Origin: a virus
Taxonomy: Duplodnaviria; Caudoviricetes
Reading direction: 5' to 3' (one strand)
IMG/VR virus record: IMGVR_UViG_2831987924_000001
DNA: 64,000 nucleotides
In this document: piece after piece, positions 8,326-18,647 of the stretch
How the letters are laid out: every line of letters starts with the position of its first letter
How positions within the stretch are numbered: position 1 is the first letter of the stretch
Notes under the pieces: generated by a model
What the model was told of the DNA's origin: nothing
Databases searched by the model: none
Seen by the model: the letters and a program-made list of their open reading frames with translations, nothing else
Made by a program: the position numbers and the translations under genes

Positions 8326-8436
8326 CTAGCTTATCTTTTCATATAATTGGTACATGTTGAATTGTTCGAGATATGAAACGATTTCTATTTTTTCGCCTTG
8401 TGGATTGAATAGAGTTAAGCCGATGTAGTTTGTCAT
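8326..8436 (-). CDS. Very small hypothetical protein (36 aa)
   Basis: MTNYIGLTLFNPQGEK... with AGGAG SD, own promoter and terminator. Confidence 0.5.
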   Translation of the reverse strand: MTNYIGLTLFNPQGEKIEIVSYLEQFNMYQLYEKIS

Positions 8437-8476
8437 TGTGAACATCTCCTTGAAATGATTTGTATTGTTTACTATT

Positions 8477-8505
8477 ATTATATTGTATTTAATTAGTGAA
8501 GTCAA
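8477..8505 (-). promoter_or_regulatory. sigmaA promoter
   Basis: TTGACT-17-TATAAT. Confidence 0.85.
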
Positions 8506-8544
8506 ACATTTATTATAATTTTGTTAAATAAAAAAAGCAACCTT

Positions 8545-8784
8545 TTAACAAGGTTGCCCAAGTCTTTTCTTTATGTCCATTAGTCTATAGTACATTTGTT
8601 CCGCTTCTTGTTTTACTTGTTTGTAGGTTTTCCCGGCTACTTCGTTTCTATATCCTTTTATCTCGAAGTTGAATTTTGCTACTATTTGAAAATTGTAGTT
8701 TCTTGTTTCGTCTTTGTAAATTTTGCCTACTTCTTTCCCATTTACTAGCATGATGTATTCTTTACCATTTTTAATGAATTCCAT
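8545..8784 (-). CDS. Hypothetical protein (79 aa)
   Basis: ORF with AGGAG SD. Confidence 0.75.
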   Translation of the reverse strand: MEFIKNGKEYIMLVNGKEVGKIYKDETRNYNFQIVAKFNFEIKGYRNEVAGKTYKQVKQEAEQMYYRLMDIKKRLGQPC

Positions 8785-8829
8785 TTGTAATAACTCCTTT
8801 ATTATAATTTTAATTATTTACTTACTTAT

Positions 8830-8858
8830 ATTTTAATGCTTGCATAGTTTAAAGTCAA
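8830..8858 (-). promoter_or_regulatory. sigmaA promoter
   Basis: TTGACT-17-TAAAAT. Confidence 0.8.
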
Positions 8859-8907
8859 TAGTATTATTATATTTTTATCAAATAAAAAAAGAGTAGTTTT
8901 TACTACT

Positions 8908-9264
8908 CTATATATAACAGTATCCCAGATCATCGGCTAATTCTGATAATGTCGTATATTTTAATACTTCTTGTAAGGTTGTGCCATTTTCTATACATTC
9001 TTGCTCGATGAGTTTGATAATATCCTCATTTGTGCGTATTTGAATGATAGCAACGTCTAAACGTTCAAGGTCTGTTTTGTATGGTGCATTGTCAATGTCT
9101 TTGATGTAACCGTAAAATATACCATTGCCTATTGAATCGGCTTGCCATGAATGATCGCATGGGAAAGGGCGTTGAGCGCAAAGGACTGTATAACCGCTTT
9201 GAAATGCTTCTTTCATTTCAGGAGTAAATGAAGGATGTAAAGGATTAATGTATAATGTTTTCAT
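8908..9264 (-). CDS. Hypothetical protein (118 aa)
   Basis: ORF with AGGAGG SD, ATGA-coupled to the upstream gene. Confidence 0.75.
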   Translation of the reverse strand: MKTLYINPLHPSFTPEMKEAFQSGYTVLCAQRPFPCDHSWQADSIGNGIFYGYIKDIDNAPYKTDLERLDVAIIQIRTNEDIIKLIEQECIENGTTLQEVLKYTTLSELADDLGYCYI

Positions 9265-9602
9265 GCGATTTCCTCCTTTAAGATGTATTCAGCGATTTCA
9301 CCTTTTAGTATTATTATATTATCTTTTATTAGATCGGATAATGTGTCATATGTACGATGTCCTAACGGTTGCATGTTACGGTCAAAGTCGGTTATTTGAT
9401 ACGTTTTGTCATAGAAAGATGGTGAAATGATGTAAGTTAGAAAGTCAGTTTTGATTGTGCATGCTTGGTATTTGGATAGTGTAGTGATCATTTTTTCGGT
9501 TTGCTGTTTCTCCCATGCTTTGTATTGTTGGCGATATTCTTTGTCTTTTAGGTAGCGTTTGGAGTGTTCGAGCCCTTTGAGCGGTTGAAACATGATGATC
9601 AT
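9261..9602 (-). CDS. Hypothetical protein
   Basis: ORF with AGGAGA SD; the true start may be a few codons in. Confidence 0.75.
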   Translation of the reverse strand: MIIMFQPLKGLEHSKRYLKDKEYRQQYKAWEKQQTEKMITTLSKYQACTIKTDFLTYIISPSFYDKTYQITDFDRNMQPLGHRTYDTLSDLIKDNIIILKGEIAEYILKEEIA

Positions 9603-9625
9603 CTCCTTTGGGTTACTTTACTATT

Positions 9626-9654
9626 ATTATAATTTAGTTTGATTTGGGAGTCAA
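9626..9654 (-). promoter_or_regulatory. sigmaA promoter
   Basis: TTGACT-17-TATAAT. Confidence 0.85.
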
Positions 9655-10099
9655 TACTTTTTTTATAACTTGTTTATAATGTGGATAAGTTTGTGGAAAG
9701 GATGTGGGTAGAGTGTGAGTGAAATTTAATATCAATTTGAGATAAATTTATTATATATTTATCTTATTTTGATATTGATGTCATCGCGCTGCCTCGGCTT
9801 GTTATGAAACCGACCAAATGACTAAATTTGTATTTTGGTCAGTTTTGTTGGGATTAAATGGGATTTTTATTGGCTGCAAGATGGATCATGTGAGAATGAA
9901 ATATAAAAATGATGGTGAGAGCAATCTCCTATATAACAAACATTATGCAGGCAATTCAAAAGGTATCCGGGGCTGTTTTACATCCTAAAAATGGAAATAA
10001 ATGGAAATTTTTGGCATAGCACATTCTCTCATGCACCCTTAAAATTTTCCAGTCGATTACCAAAAAATTTTTCTAATTTCTACCAAAAATCACCCATTT

Positions 10100-10345
10100 T
10101 CAATCGCAAATGCAATCGCAAACCCCTTGATATTCCTGCATTTTTCACACTTCCCACTTTCTCAATTTTACCCATTTTCTCCTCAAAATCCACCAAAAAC
10201 CCTTGTCATACAAGGCTTTTCACGATACACACCCATCGATTCACCTGTCTCAATCTACCCAATCATTCAAAAATCCTTGTCATATCAACATTTTCACATA
10301 TTTCACCCAACCTCTCACGATAACCAATTTTCAACCTCACGATAA
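10100..10345. repeat. Three ~28-bp repeats (AAA.CCTTG..AT......TTTTCAC) at ~75-bp period, plus short tandem duplications
   Basis: CCTTG cores at 10125, 10201 and 10275; CAATCGCAAA x2; CAACCT(CT)CACGATAA x2. Confidence 0.6.
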
Positions 10346-10364
10346 ACAAAAAAAGAGTAGGTCG

Positions 10365-12575
10365 TCACCTACTCTCCATCAACATATCCTTCAAAAACGT
10401 ATTTCTCTTCCCACTATGATCTATTCTAATTGCATATCTCAAAGCTCTATGTTCACACAACATAATACATCCCTTACTCGCACGGGTTATTCCAGTATAC
10501 ACAAATTGTCGGCTTAATAAAGTATAAGAAGAATAATCAAACACAAACAACACAATCGGAATAGTTGAACCTTGACTTCTATGACAAGTAATTGCATAAG
10601 CTAGTTCAATTTGATCAATCTCATCTCCTTCATAACAAACCACCTCATCTATATCCTCAAATTGAATATACAACTGGTCTTTCCCAACATCTTCAGCTTT
10701 ACGGACATCTACAATGTACCCTATCGTACCATTAAAAATAGAAATATCTCCATTTTCACCAGCTTCATAATTATTACCATTTTGAATAATCTTATCTCCT
10801 GCTTTGTAGCAATAACCATTTCTTGAAATACAAGGTTTCTCATCTGGATTAAATATTTGCTGCAATTCTATATTCAATTTCTTTACACTTAGGTCGCCAC
10901 GCTCTTTTACACCGCATATCACTTGAAAATCTTGTACTTTATTTTTATATTTTTCACTAATCAATAATACTTTATTTATTATATTTTCTTTATTCCTTTC
11001 GGACAACACAACAAAATCCTTTAATTCTCCAAATACATGCTTACCAAATTCATCATTACCAAGAATTTGTTTCCCATCTCTAATTATATTAGCACAAGAT
11101 AAAATCCCTGACTTCTGTGCTTGGCGTTGAACAATAGTCAATTCCTGCATTGGAAACACACCAGATTGAATCAGGTCATCAAATACATTACCTGCTCCAA
11201 TAGGTGATAATTGTCCTGAATCGCCAACAATAATTACTTTTGAACCTTCTTTTACGGCAGACAATAATTGATACATGATATAGTTAGAATTCATACCTGC
11301 CTCGTCTACAACAATGATGGGATATGGCAATTTATTATCTTGATTAAAAGTAAATCCTTTTCCGTTATATCCTAATGCTCTATGTATAGTCATTGCATTT
11401 AATCCATGAGAACTCATGATTTTAGACGCTTTGCCACTTAATGCACAACAAATATGATCGTATTGGTTAAGAATCTTTAATATCGCTTTTAACGTGAACG
11501 TTTTCCCTGTACCTGCTTTGCCATTCAAAATAAATACATTATTTTCTACAGCTAACCGTATTGCTTGTTTTTGTTCATGGGTATATGTTACATTATTTGC
11601 TTTCTCTATAGCAGCAATTCGTTTATCAACATCTTTTACTTTAATCATGGATTCAGTTTGTAATAAATCAAACAATATTTCTTTGATTCGCTTTTCATAA
11701 AAGTAATTTCTATATAAAGCAACTTTATTGTCGGTTATGTATAGTTCTTTTTGGTCTGTATTTTTTAATTCATCAAGCAGTTTATGTATATGTACCCTAT
11801 CAATCTCTAACAATTTTTCACTTTCATTCAGCATATCCTCTAAAGTAATCCATGAATGACCATTTTGTTCTTCTTGTTCCAATATGTATTTAATTCCAGC
11901 GGTAATTCTATTCTTATGATGTTTATCATCTCCACGATTTAATGCAAAAGCGTCCACTTTTTTAAATCCAAATCCATGTATATTTGTCAAACAATAAATA
12001 TTTTCTTTAATCTTTTTGGTAGCTAACAATGCACTTCCAAAGTGATCTAATATTTTTTGTGCTTGTTTCGGTGTTAATTTTAATTCATGCAAATCCACTA
12101 ATATATCTTGAATTTCTAAGTTGCTTAATAAATCTCTTTTGATTTTTTCAAATCTCACCTTTTTAATTCCTTTAATGCCTTTATAATCGAATGTACCATC
12201 TTGAATCATATCAATAATTTTGTGGTTTGGATATTTTGCAATAATTGCTTCTGCATATCGTGGGTGCAATATAGTGCGTATGTATAATTGTTGGTCTTCC
12301 ACAGTTGTTGGTCTCTTGAATTTGACCATTACAATGTCATATCCATGTCCGTATTTTGGGTGGTTGCTTTCAGTAACAATAACATCATATTCTTTACCAA
12401 CAAATAATTCAGGCATTGTGCCACGAATAGTAATATTATTGTATCGGTTTAGTTGAATTTGATCTTTATTGGTTAACGGTTTGACAGCAAATACACCAAA
12501 AGATGAATCTTCGTTATAATAAATTTTTCTATCCACCAATACCTTTAATTCTACTTCTTGTGACAATAACAACAC
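10365..12575 (-). CDS. recD2: RecD2-like SF1B ATP-dependent DNA helicase
   Basis: N-terminal OB/HhH-like region, Walker A GKAGTGKT, VDEAGM, GDSGQL, AYAITCHRSQGS, YTGITRA. Confidence 0.9.
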   Translation of the reverse strand: MLLLSQEVELKVLVDRKIYYNEDSSFGVFAVKPLTNKDQIQLNRYNNITIRGTMPELFVGKEYDVIVTESNHPKYGHGYDIVMVKFKRPTTVEDQQLYIRTILHPRYAEAIIAKYPNHKIIDMIQDGTFDYKGIKGIKKVRFEKIKRDLLSNLEIQDILVDLHELKLTPKQAQKILDHFGSALLATKKIKENIYCLTNIHGFGFKKVDAFALNRGDDKHHKNRITAGIKYILEQEEQNGHSWITLEDMLNESEKLLEIDRVHIHKLLDELKNTDQKELYITDNKVALYRNYFYEKRIKEILFDLLQTESMIKVKDVDKRIAAIEKANNVTYTHEQKQAIRLAVENNVFILNGKAGTGKTFTLKAILKILNQYDHICCALSGKASKIMSSHGLNAMTIHRALGYNGKGFTFNQDNKLPYPIIVVDEAGMNSNYIMYQLLSAVKEGSKVIIVGDSGQLSPIGAGNVFDDLIQSGVFPMQELTIVQRQAQKSGILSCANIIRDGKQILGNDEFGKHVFGELKDFVVLSERNKENIINKVLLISEKYKNKVQDFQVICGVKERGDLSVKKLNIELQQIFNPDEKPCISRNGYCYKAGDKIIQNGNNYEAGENGDISIFNGTIGYIVDVRKAEDVGKDQLYIQFEDIDEVVCYEGDEIDQIELAYAITCHRSQGSTIPIVLFVFDYSSYTLLSRQFVYTGITRASKGCIMLCEHRALRYAIRIDHSGKRNTFLKDMLMESR

Positions 12576-12744
12576 TCTCCCTTATTATAATTTACTTAAA
12601 AAATCTATTCTACAAAATAAAAAAATCAATATAACCAACCTGCTTAATATAAAACCATTACCCAACAGACTTCACTCGATTTTTTCAATATTTATATTGA
12701 GAAAAATAACAAAAAACCACCTCCTAACTGAATCGTATAGTATT

Positions 12745-12772
12745 ATTATAATTTATTTAAATTAAATGTCAA
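12745..12772 (-). promoter_or_regulatory. sigmaA promoter for the helicase
   Basis: TTGACA-16-TATAAT, immediately after the terminator of the upstream operon (about 12776-12802). Confidence 0.7.
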
Positions 12773-12810
12773 GAATAAAAAGACCACTCGTTTTGAGTGG
12801 TCTATATTGA

Positions 12811-13005
12811 TTAAGCTAATACTTTTAACATTCGCATAGCTTCATCGTAGCTGATTTCATTCCAATAGTTGTTAAGGTAAAATGCTTCTGTGTCAAAATC
12901 ATATCCTAAAACATCTCCGTTTGGTAAAATTACAAAATATCTTGTGTCACAATCCCATTCTTGTTCCCAATTTAATAAGATATACGCTTTTAATGTGTTT
13001 TCCAT
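12811..13005 (-). CDS. Small hypothetical protein
   Basis: ORF overlapping the FtsK stop, GGAG SD. Confidence 0.6.
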   Translation of the reverse strand: MENTLKAYILLNWEQEWDCDTRYFVILPNGDVLGYDFDTEAFYLNNYWNEISYDEAMRMLKVLA

Positions 13006-15119
13006 TTGCTTAACTCCTCCTCATTTGCAATAATTTTATAACCCCTGCTCTCTTTTTCTAACCAGCCTTCTTCCACTAATTGTTTCATCAATTCAGCTAC
13101 TTCTGCCGTCCGTATTCCCATTTGTTGTTGTAGTTCTTTTACCCTTGTTTCTTTAGTGTCGGCAATTATGCGTTTTAGCCGACAGATTGGTGGTTCTTCA
13201 ATAACGGTTTCGTGTGGTACGAATTCGCCTTTTAGGTATCTCTTTAAGTTTTCAAAAAACTCCACCTCTTCATTTTCATCCAATGTAATGACAGGGGCTT
13301 GGAATCGAATAAATTCTTCTGTTTGACCAATGTATTTCACTACACCGTCACCAAAACCAAGTAATTGATATGGGATACCTGTTCCAAATACAGTTTTATA
13401 TTCATTAGAATTGTCAAGACGGAACGAAATTCTTGAAGGAAGATTAGTTTTTATTACGCCACTCATTACTTCTTTATCAGGTCTTTGTGTACAGATAATA
13501 AGGTGAATGCCTGACGCTCTTGCTTTTTGACCAAGACGTTCAATTAGTTCTTCAACTTCTGGATGTTGCATTTTTAAATCGTTGTATTCATCTATAGCGC
13601 ACACGATGTAAGGTAGTTTATTTTTATGTTGTTTATTGTAACCTGCAATATTTTTTACTTTTGCTTTAGACATTAATTCATATCTTGTTTCCATTTCATT
13701 TACTAGGAAATTTAATGTATTAACTGCTTCAGTCATATCAGTTACAACTTTTTCAACATGAGTAACACCTTCATATTGAGTAAATTCTACTTTTTTTGGA
13801 TCAATGAGATACATTTTTAATTCTTTTGGTGAACGTAATAAAATGAGTGTAATAAGTAATGCATTAACAAATATAGATTTTCCACTGTTAGTTGCTCCGG
13901 CTATCAGTAAATGTGGGGCTTTTGTTAAACATTTGAATACAGGTTGATTATACATATCTATTCCACATGTGAACGGTAACGGATTTTCTTCTGCAAATTT
14001 AATAAAATCATGGTTTTCAAGGATTGTTTTAAGATAAATAATATCACGTTGCTTGCAAGGGATAAGGAATGTAATTGTATTCGGTTCATTCCCTTGAATG
14101 ATAGATAAATCAGTTGCCATTGCTGCTTTGATGTCTTCATATCGTCTTTTGATGTCGGAATACACTAATCCTTTTGGAATCTTAAAGGTGACTCGCTGTA
14201 CAGTTGCGCCTAGTTCTGTGTCAATGATTTCAATTTTATGATCTTTGATTACTTTTGCTTTTTGTAATGCTTTTGGAATTTCATAAATCAACTCTTCATC
14301 TAATTGTCTCTCCATTTTTTGACCAATCGGCAATAATTGAATAGCTGATTGATGTGTAGATATAATTTCAATGGTTTCTGTTTCTTGTTTTTGTTCAATT
14401 GTTTTACTGATTTCATCACATAATAATGCTTTGATTTCATGCTCAGATAAGATTTGTCTGTAAGTGTTGTCAAATATTCGATTGGTAGTAAGTTGATGCA
14501 AATTCGGCTCTTTTTCTATAACAAATTCATTATAATAACTTAGTTTATTGAAGATAGTTTGGATTGTTGATATATCTTCATCAACAAACAGTCGGATGTT
14601 GAAAAAGTAACAACATGATAATATTTTTTCTTCGGCTTCTAAAATGCGCTCTCTTTGCTCGATTTCTGTGAACCTTTCTAAGAAAGATATGACTTTTTTC
14701 TGCCCCTTTCGTATCCATTTGTTGTAACTAGGTGAATCTAATCCGTTTAGATAATCTTCATATTGATCTAAAATGTTGAACATTTGATTTTGGTTTGCTT
14801 TTTTAAATAGAAATTGTATGAATATAGGTTTACCTTGTAGTTTAGAAAACAATTGTATGGTTTGGTCGTGTAGTAACGGTAAGAATGTAGGGAATGCTAA
14901 TCGTATAGAATAGCTAGTTGAAGGTAAATTTTCAAAAGTACAATTGTTAGCGGCTTCTTGAATACGGATATACGGGGGCGTGATTAAACATAAATCACGC
15001 CCATTGTATTCTACACCCCATACACCAGTTAATTTGGAATTGAATATTTTCATTAACAGTTCTTCATCAATTTTATCTATTTGCCAAGTTTTATAGTTCG
15101 TTTTAATATCGGTTAACAT
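12990..15119 (-). CDS. FtsK/SpoIIIE-family ATPase with long N-terminal extension and C-terminal winged helix
   Basis: APHLLIAGATNSGKS, IDPKKVEF, IDEYNDL, ARASGIHLIICTQRP, LLGFGDG. Confidence 0.9.
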   Translation of the reverse strand: MLTDIKTNYKTWQIDKIDEELLMKIFNSKLTGVWGVEYNGRDLCLITPPYIRIQEAANNCTFENLPSTSYSIRLAFPTFLPLLHDQTIQLFSKLQGKPIFIQFLFKKANQNQMFNILDQYEDYLNGLDSPSYNKWIRKGQKKVISFLERFTEIEQRERILEAEEKILSCCYFFNIRLFVDEDISTIQTIFNKLSYYNEFVIEKEPNLHQLTTNRIFDNTYRQILSEHEIKALLCDEISKTIEQKQETETIEIISTHQSAIQLLPIGQKMERQLDEELIYEIPKALQKAKVIKDHKIEIIDTELGATVQRVTFKIPKGLVYSDIKRRYEDIKAAMATDLSIIQGNEPNTITFLIPCKQRDIIYLKTILENHDFIKFAEENPLPFTCGIDMYNQPVFKCLTKAPHLLIAGATNSGKSIFVNALLITLILLRSPKELKMYLIDPKKVEFTQYEGVTHVEKVVTDMTEAVNTLNFLVNEMETRYELMSKAKVKNIAGYNKQHKNKLPYIVCAIDEYNDLKMQHPEVEELIERLGQKARASGIHLIICTQRPDKEVMSGVIKTNLPSRISFRLDNSNEYKTVFGTGIPYQLLGFGDGVVKYIGQTEEFIRFQAPVITLDENEEVEFFENLKRYLKGEFVPHETVIEEPPICRLKRIIADTKETRVKELQQQMGIRTAEVAELMKQLVEEGWLEKESRGYKIIANEEELSKWKTH

Positions 15120-15225
15120 CTGCTTTCATTCCTTTGATGACGTTATTGCTAAAAATCATCAATACAGTTAGATTTGTAACGATCATTGTTGTATTAAGAA
15201 TCAAGATTACCTCTAATCCAGTCAT
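15103..15225 (-). CDS. Small single-pass membrane protein (40 aa)
   Basis: MTGLEVILILNTTMIVTNLTVLMIFS with AGGAGTG SD. Confidence 0.55.
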   Translation of the reverse strand: MTGLEVILILNTTMIVTNLTVLMIFSNNVIKGMKADVNRY

Positions 15226-15304
15226 TATTTTTCACTCCTTATTGTTTATTTTTAAGTCTTTCTAAATTTTTCTTAATCAATTATTCAATGTACTCTTTTT
15301 CTTC

Positions 15305-16456
15305 TTACTTTTTCTGTTTGTATTTATCAATGTGTGGTTTAATTTCTTTGTTAAAGAATTCAATTGGAACAAATTTCTTTAAGGTGAAAGTGTTGATTAA
15401 CTCTTTGCCAATTGACCATGAATCTTTACCCGTATCCCCTGCTGCCAATACAAAAGTAGGTGGATTTGCTAATCTCCATAAGCCTCCTGCAATAATCATT
15501 AGTTTAACAATGAATACAAATGCGCCTTCTGGTGTAAAGTTTCTTGTTCCGAAGATGAGAACTCCCAATAAGCAAATGAAGATGGAGTAGGTAATCTGCA
15601 TTAATGATAATTGTTTCATATGTTTCCACCATTTATGGAATAAATGGCGGTAATCATCAAAAATCCAAGTGGTTAATGCTAATGGTGTTAATGTACCTAA
15701 AGTAAGAATGTCAAAATATCTGCGTCCGTTTTTCAGGAATATCGGGAAAAGTAAGCTAATTAATACAAGATCAAAACCAATGACAGCAATTAAGTCTAAT
15801 GTTGACCAATTAAAAGTGATCGCTTGTTCTTTAGCAATGTAACTTCTTCCAATTGATGAGATGGATTGTGATAATTTGTTTAGTAATTCAAATGCTTTTT
15901 CATAAAGAATTGGCGCAAATCCTGCTCCTGCCACAGCAACAGGGAATCGTTTTAGAATAGTGGAGAATTTCGTATAGTGAATGCTTTTGTGGTTATACAT
16001 TTTTTTAAGGCTTTCGATGATGGTCAAGATGATCACTACAGCTACTGAAAGGATAGAAAATACAAGTGTTGTATTAGAGAACCATGCGTTTTTAAATAAC
16101 CAAATTGGCGTAATTAATATGAATTTAGATAGCAATTCGTAAATCCATGACAGTAAATTAACAGACATTTGAGGAATGTGTTCAGGTAAATGATTAAACC
16201 ATTCGATTCCCTTATTGATTTGTTGCCATATTGTTTCCCACTGTTCTAATGACTCTTGAATTTTTTGTAGTGTTCCTTCATTTTGTAAATTTTCTTTAGA
16301 AAATGGATTGTTTTTTATGTTTCCTCTTTCATATAGCCATTCGCCAATTGTTTGTGCTTTTGCTTGATGAATAGTAAAGAATAATGAAGATGTAGACACT
16401 ACTGTAAAAGGTATAGCGAGTTTTTTGATGAGTTTTAGAATGGACTTATAAACCAA
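15305..16456 (-). CDS. Polytopic membrane protein, VirB6/TrbL-like architecture (start uncertain)
   Basis: Signal-like N-terminus (QAKA), then about 6 hydrophobic segments including GTLTPLALTTWIF...WWK; the first ~70 codons of the track ORF overlap the neighbouring gene. Confidence 0.6.
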   Translation of the reverse strand: MVYKSILKLIKKLAIPFTVVSTSSLFFTIHQAKAQTIGEWLYERGNIKNNPFSKENLQNEGTLQKIQESLEQWETIWQQINKGIEWFNHLPEHIPQMSVNLLSWIYELLSKFILITPIWLFKNAWFSNTTLVFSILSVAVVIILTIIESLKKMYNHKSIHYTKFSTILKRFPVAVAGAGFAPILYEKAFELLNKLSQSISSIGRSYIAKEQAITFNWSTLDLIAVIGFDLVLISLLFPIFLKNGRRYFDILTLGTLTPLALTTWIFDDYRHLFHKWWKHMKQLSLMQITYSIFICLLGVLIFGTRNFTPEGAFVFIVKLMIIAGGLWRLANPPTFVLAAGDTGKDSWSIGKELINTFTLKKFVPIEFFNKEIKPHIDKYKQKK

Positions 16457-16989
16457 CCTGAAGTGCCTAATAATTTGTTTGCTACAAACCAAATCAGAAG
16501 AATTAATGGAGCTGCGATAATGACTTGAAGAAATCCTCGTAGAATTGCATTGTTCCATTCCTTCACAAGTTTTTCTATCTTTGAGTTTGGTATCATTCTT
16601 AACATCCCTGACATTACCAACATGATTAATGCTTGTGATACTCCGATCCCTACCGATATTGTTAGAACCCATTTTACTAAACTGATGATTTCTTTTGGAA
16701 ACGTTGCTTCTGCTGGATTGTCTACGATTGTTGTTGGAATTGTATTTACAACCTCTGTCGTTGTTGCTGAAGCTATTGTTGGCAGTATGAGTGCCAAAAA
16801 CGATGTTGCAGTTACTATGAACTGTTTTGCCGTCTTTTTTATCTTCTTCTTTTCGGATGGTCTTAAACTCATCACCTCCTTGATTAGATTTGGATGTATA
16901 AAATTTTCTTTATTATATTCTGTTTGAAAAGGAATATATTTAACCCCTTGCTGCAAGTTTTTCGCGGAGATCGTCAAGATTGGAGTCAT
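16435..16989 (-). CDS. Membrane protein with internal signal (ASA) and two TM helices, TrbC/VirB2 pilin-like
   Basis: LALILPTIASA then two hydrophobic helices separated by a short basic loop; AAGGAG SD. Confidence 0.55.
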   Translation of the reverse strand: MTPILTISAKNLQQGVKYIPFQTEYNKENFIHPNLIKEVMSLRPSEKKKIKKTAKQFIVTATSFLALILPTIASATTTEVVNTIPTTIVDNPAEATFPKEIISLVKWVLTISVGIGVSQALIMLVMSGMLRMIPNSKIEKLVKEWNNAILRGFLQVIIAAPLILLIWFVANKLLGTSGWFISPF

Positions 16990-17149
16990 TATAAGCACGC
17001 TCCTTTCTTGTTTTGTTATTTCTTTTAATTTGATCAATGTGAACAGAATGGATGTAGTTTAATCCTGCATTAAGACCTAGCACTAATCCAGACAATAAAC
17101 CAAGTTTAAGAATGAACTTAGTAGTAACAACAAAAACACCTGTTTCCAT
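16940..17149 (-). CDS. Small membrane protein
   Basis: Single TM segment; GGAGG SD. Confidence 0.6.
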   Translation of the reverse strand: METGVFVVTTKFILKLGLLSGLVLGLNAGLNYIHSVHIDQIKRNNKTRKERAYNDSNLDDLREKLAARG

Positions 17150-17150
17150 T

Positions 17151-17309
17151 TTATTTTCCTCCTACTCGGTAATATTTAAATTTACCTTGTTTTTTGATTA
17201 GTGTTAATTGAACTGTATTTTTTAATGTCTGTTTCGCAATTTTATAGCTAATATAAACTGTTGATGTCACTACACACATTGTTTGAATGCCAATTAATGT
17301 CGTTAACAT
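17151..17309 (-). CDS. Small membrane protein
   Basis: MLTTLIGIQTMCVV; AGGAGTG SD. Confidence 0.55.
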   Translation of the reverse strand: MLTTLIGIQTMCVVTSTVYISYKIAKQTLKNTVQLTLIKKQGKFKYYRVGGK

Positions 17310-17425
17310 GATGTTCACACTCCTTTTGTTGTTGTTAGTATACATTATGCTTTAAATTACATATTTTGCCTGTCCGTTCAAAATTTTTTTATTTTTATTG
17401 AACCGATTCAAATAAATAAAAGTGC

Positions 17426-17857
17426 CTATTCTGGCACTTTGTAAAACATTTCTTCGATTGGTGGAAAATCAAGTGCAGCCCATATTTTAAGAAAAACTTC
17501 TAATGTTGGTTGAGTGCGATTGTTGACAATAAGATTGATGGTGGATTTATCTAATCCCGTTAGTTCAGCAAGGTCTAATTGTTTTATGTTTTTCTCTTTC
17601 AGAATTTTTTTGATGTTGTTTTTTAATTTGTACTCCCCAGTAATATCAAATCCATGAACAATTTTTTCATTGTATGTCTCAATTTTTCTAATGATTTCTA
17701 TACAGCAGCCAGCTATAAAATCTTCAACAGTTGTATATGGTTTATCTTTATTAAATAAGCGATTTTTCTTGTTTTCGTATTCCACGATGTTTTCAATAAA
17801 TTGTAATGTTGATTCCCTTAATCTTACTGGTACTTCAATCAGTTTTTCTTTTGTCAT
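17426..17857 (-). CDS. XRE-family HTH regulator with N-terminal RHH-like extension
   Basis: IKQLDLAELTGLDKSTINLIVNNRTQPTLEVFLKI. Confidence 0.85.
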   Translation of the reverse strand: MTKEKLIEVPVRLRESTLQFIENIVEYENKKNRLFNKDKPYTTVEDFIAGCCIEIIRKIETYNEKIVHGFDITGEYKLKNNIKKILKEKNIKQLDLAELTGLDKSTINLIVNNRTQPTLEVFLKIWAALDFPPIEEMFYKVPE

Positions 17858-18035
17858 GTATAACCCACCTCATTATTGGAGAATATATAAACAGCAACAT
17901 AACACAAAAGGAGATGCTAGTCGTCATGTATTTGTTTAAAAAAGGTGTTGAAGAATATATTGAACAAATTATCGATCAAGGGAGAAAACGCTAATGTATT
18001 GGCAAGATTATGAAAAACCTTCATGGGAAATTCGA

Positions 18036-18647
18036 TTAGAAAATACTCCAGAGTATGTCATACAGAAAACTGGTATGACACGCAAGGAACTGGAAAGACT
18101 TCTTCATTATTTGCAAGAGGAGGGTATAATAATTGACTTCCCCTACAAAGATGTGTATGAATTGAAACTTTATTGATGACAAGGTGTCGGAAATCATTTG
18201 AATAAATTGTGTCCCATTCAATGTTACAGTATCAGAAGCATGTTGCATTTTTGCTAAAAATGAAGGATTGTTCATGTTTTGGATAAAGTCTATATAGGGG
18301 GAGGGATCAATAAAGCGTCCTCCCTCTTTTACAGCAAAATGTAAGTGTGCGCCTGTACTATGTCCAGTGTTGCCGGAATAGCCAATTAAATCCCCTGCTT
18401 GAACAATATCGCCTTGTTTGACAGTTATCTGAGAAAGATGTCCATAAATAGCTGTCTTTCCGTCTTGCCATTTGATAAATACACCTTTACCAATGTTAGA
18501 TGAACCAAAATCAACTACTCGTTCTACAATACCATCTTTTATTGAGCGTAATGGTGTGTTTTCGGGCATTGCAAAATCAATTCCCGTATGTGGTCTTGTT
18601 CTGAATGGCTCTTGTTCAAGAAATCGAGATGTGATTCTGTAAGTCAT
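18036..18647 (-). CDS. M23-family peptidoglycan endopeptidase
   Basis: HTGIDF, YGHLS, GNTGHSTGAHLHF motifs. Confidence 0.9.
   Translation of the reverse strand: MTYRITSRFLEQEPFRTRPHTGIDFAMPENTPLRSIKDGIVERVVDFGSSNIGKGVFIKWQDGKTAIYGHLSQITVKQGDIVQAGDLIGYSGNTGHSTGAHLHFAVKEGGRFIDPSPYIDFIQNMNNPSFLAKMQHASDTVTLNGTQFIQMISDTLSSIKFQFIHIFVGEVNYYTLLLQIMKKSFQFLACHTSFLYDILWSIF

Noticed and set aside
9991-10517. Three overlapping plus-strand ORFs
   Set aside because: Artefacts of G-poor repetitive sequence; no SD.
16457-16672. First ~70 codons of the 455-aa track ORF
   Set aside because: They overlap the pilin-like gene in another frame and read as non-coding; a later start is more plausible.
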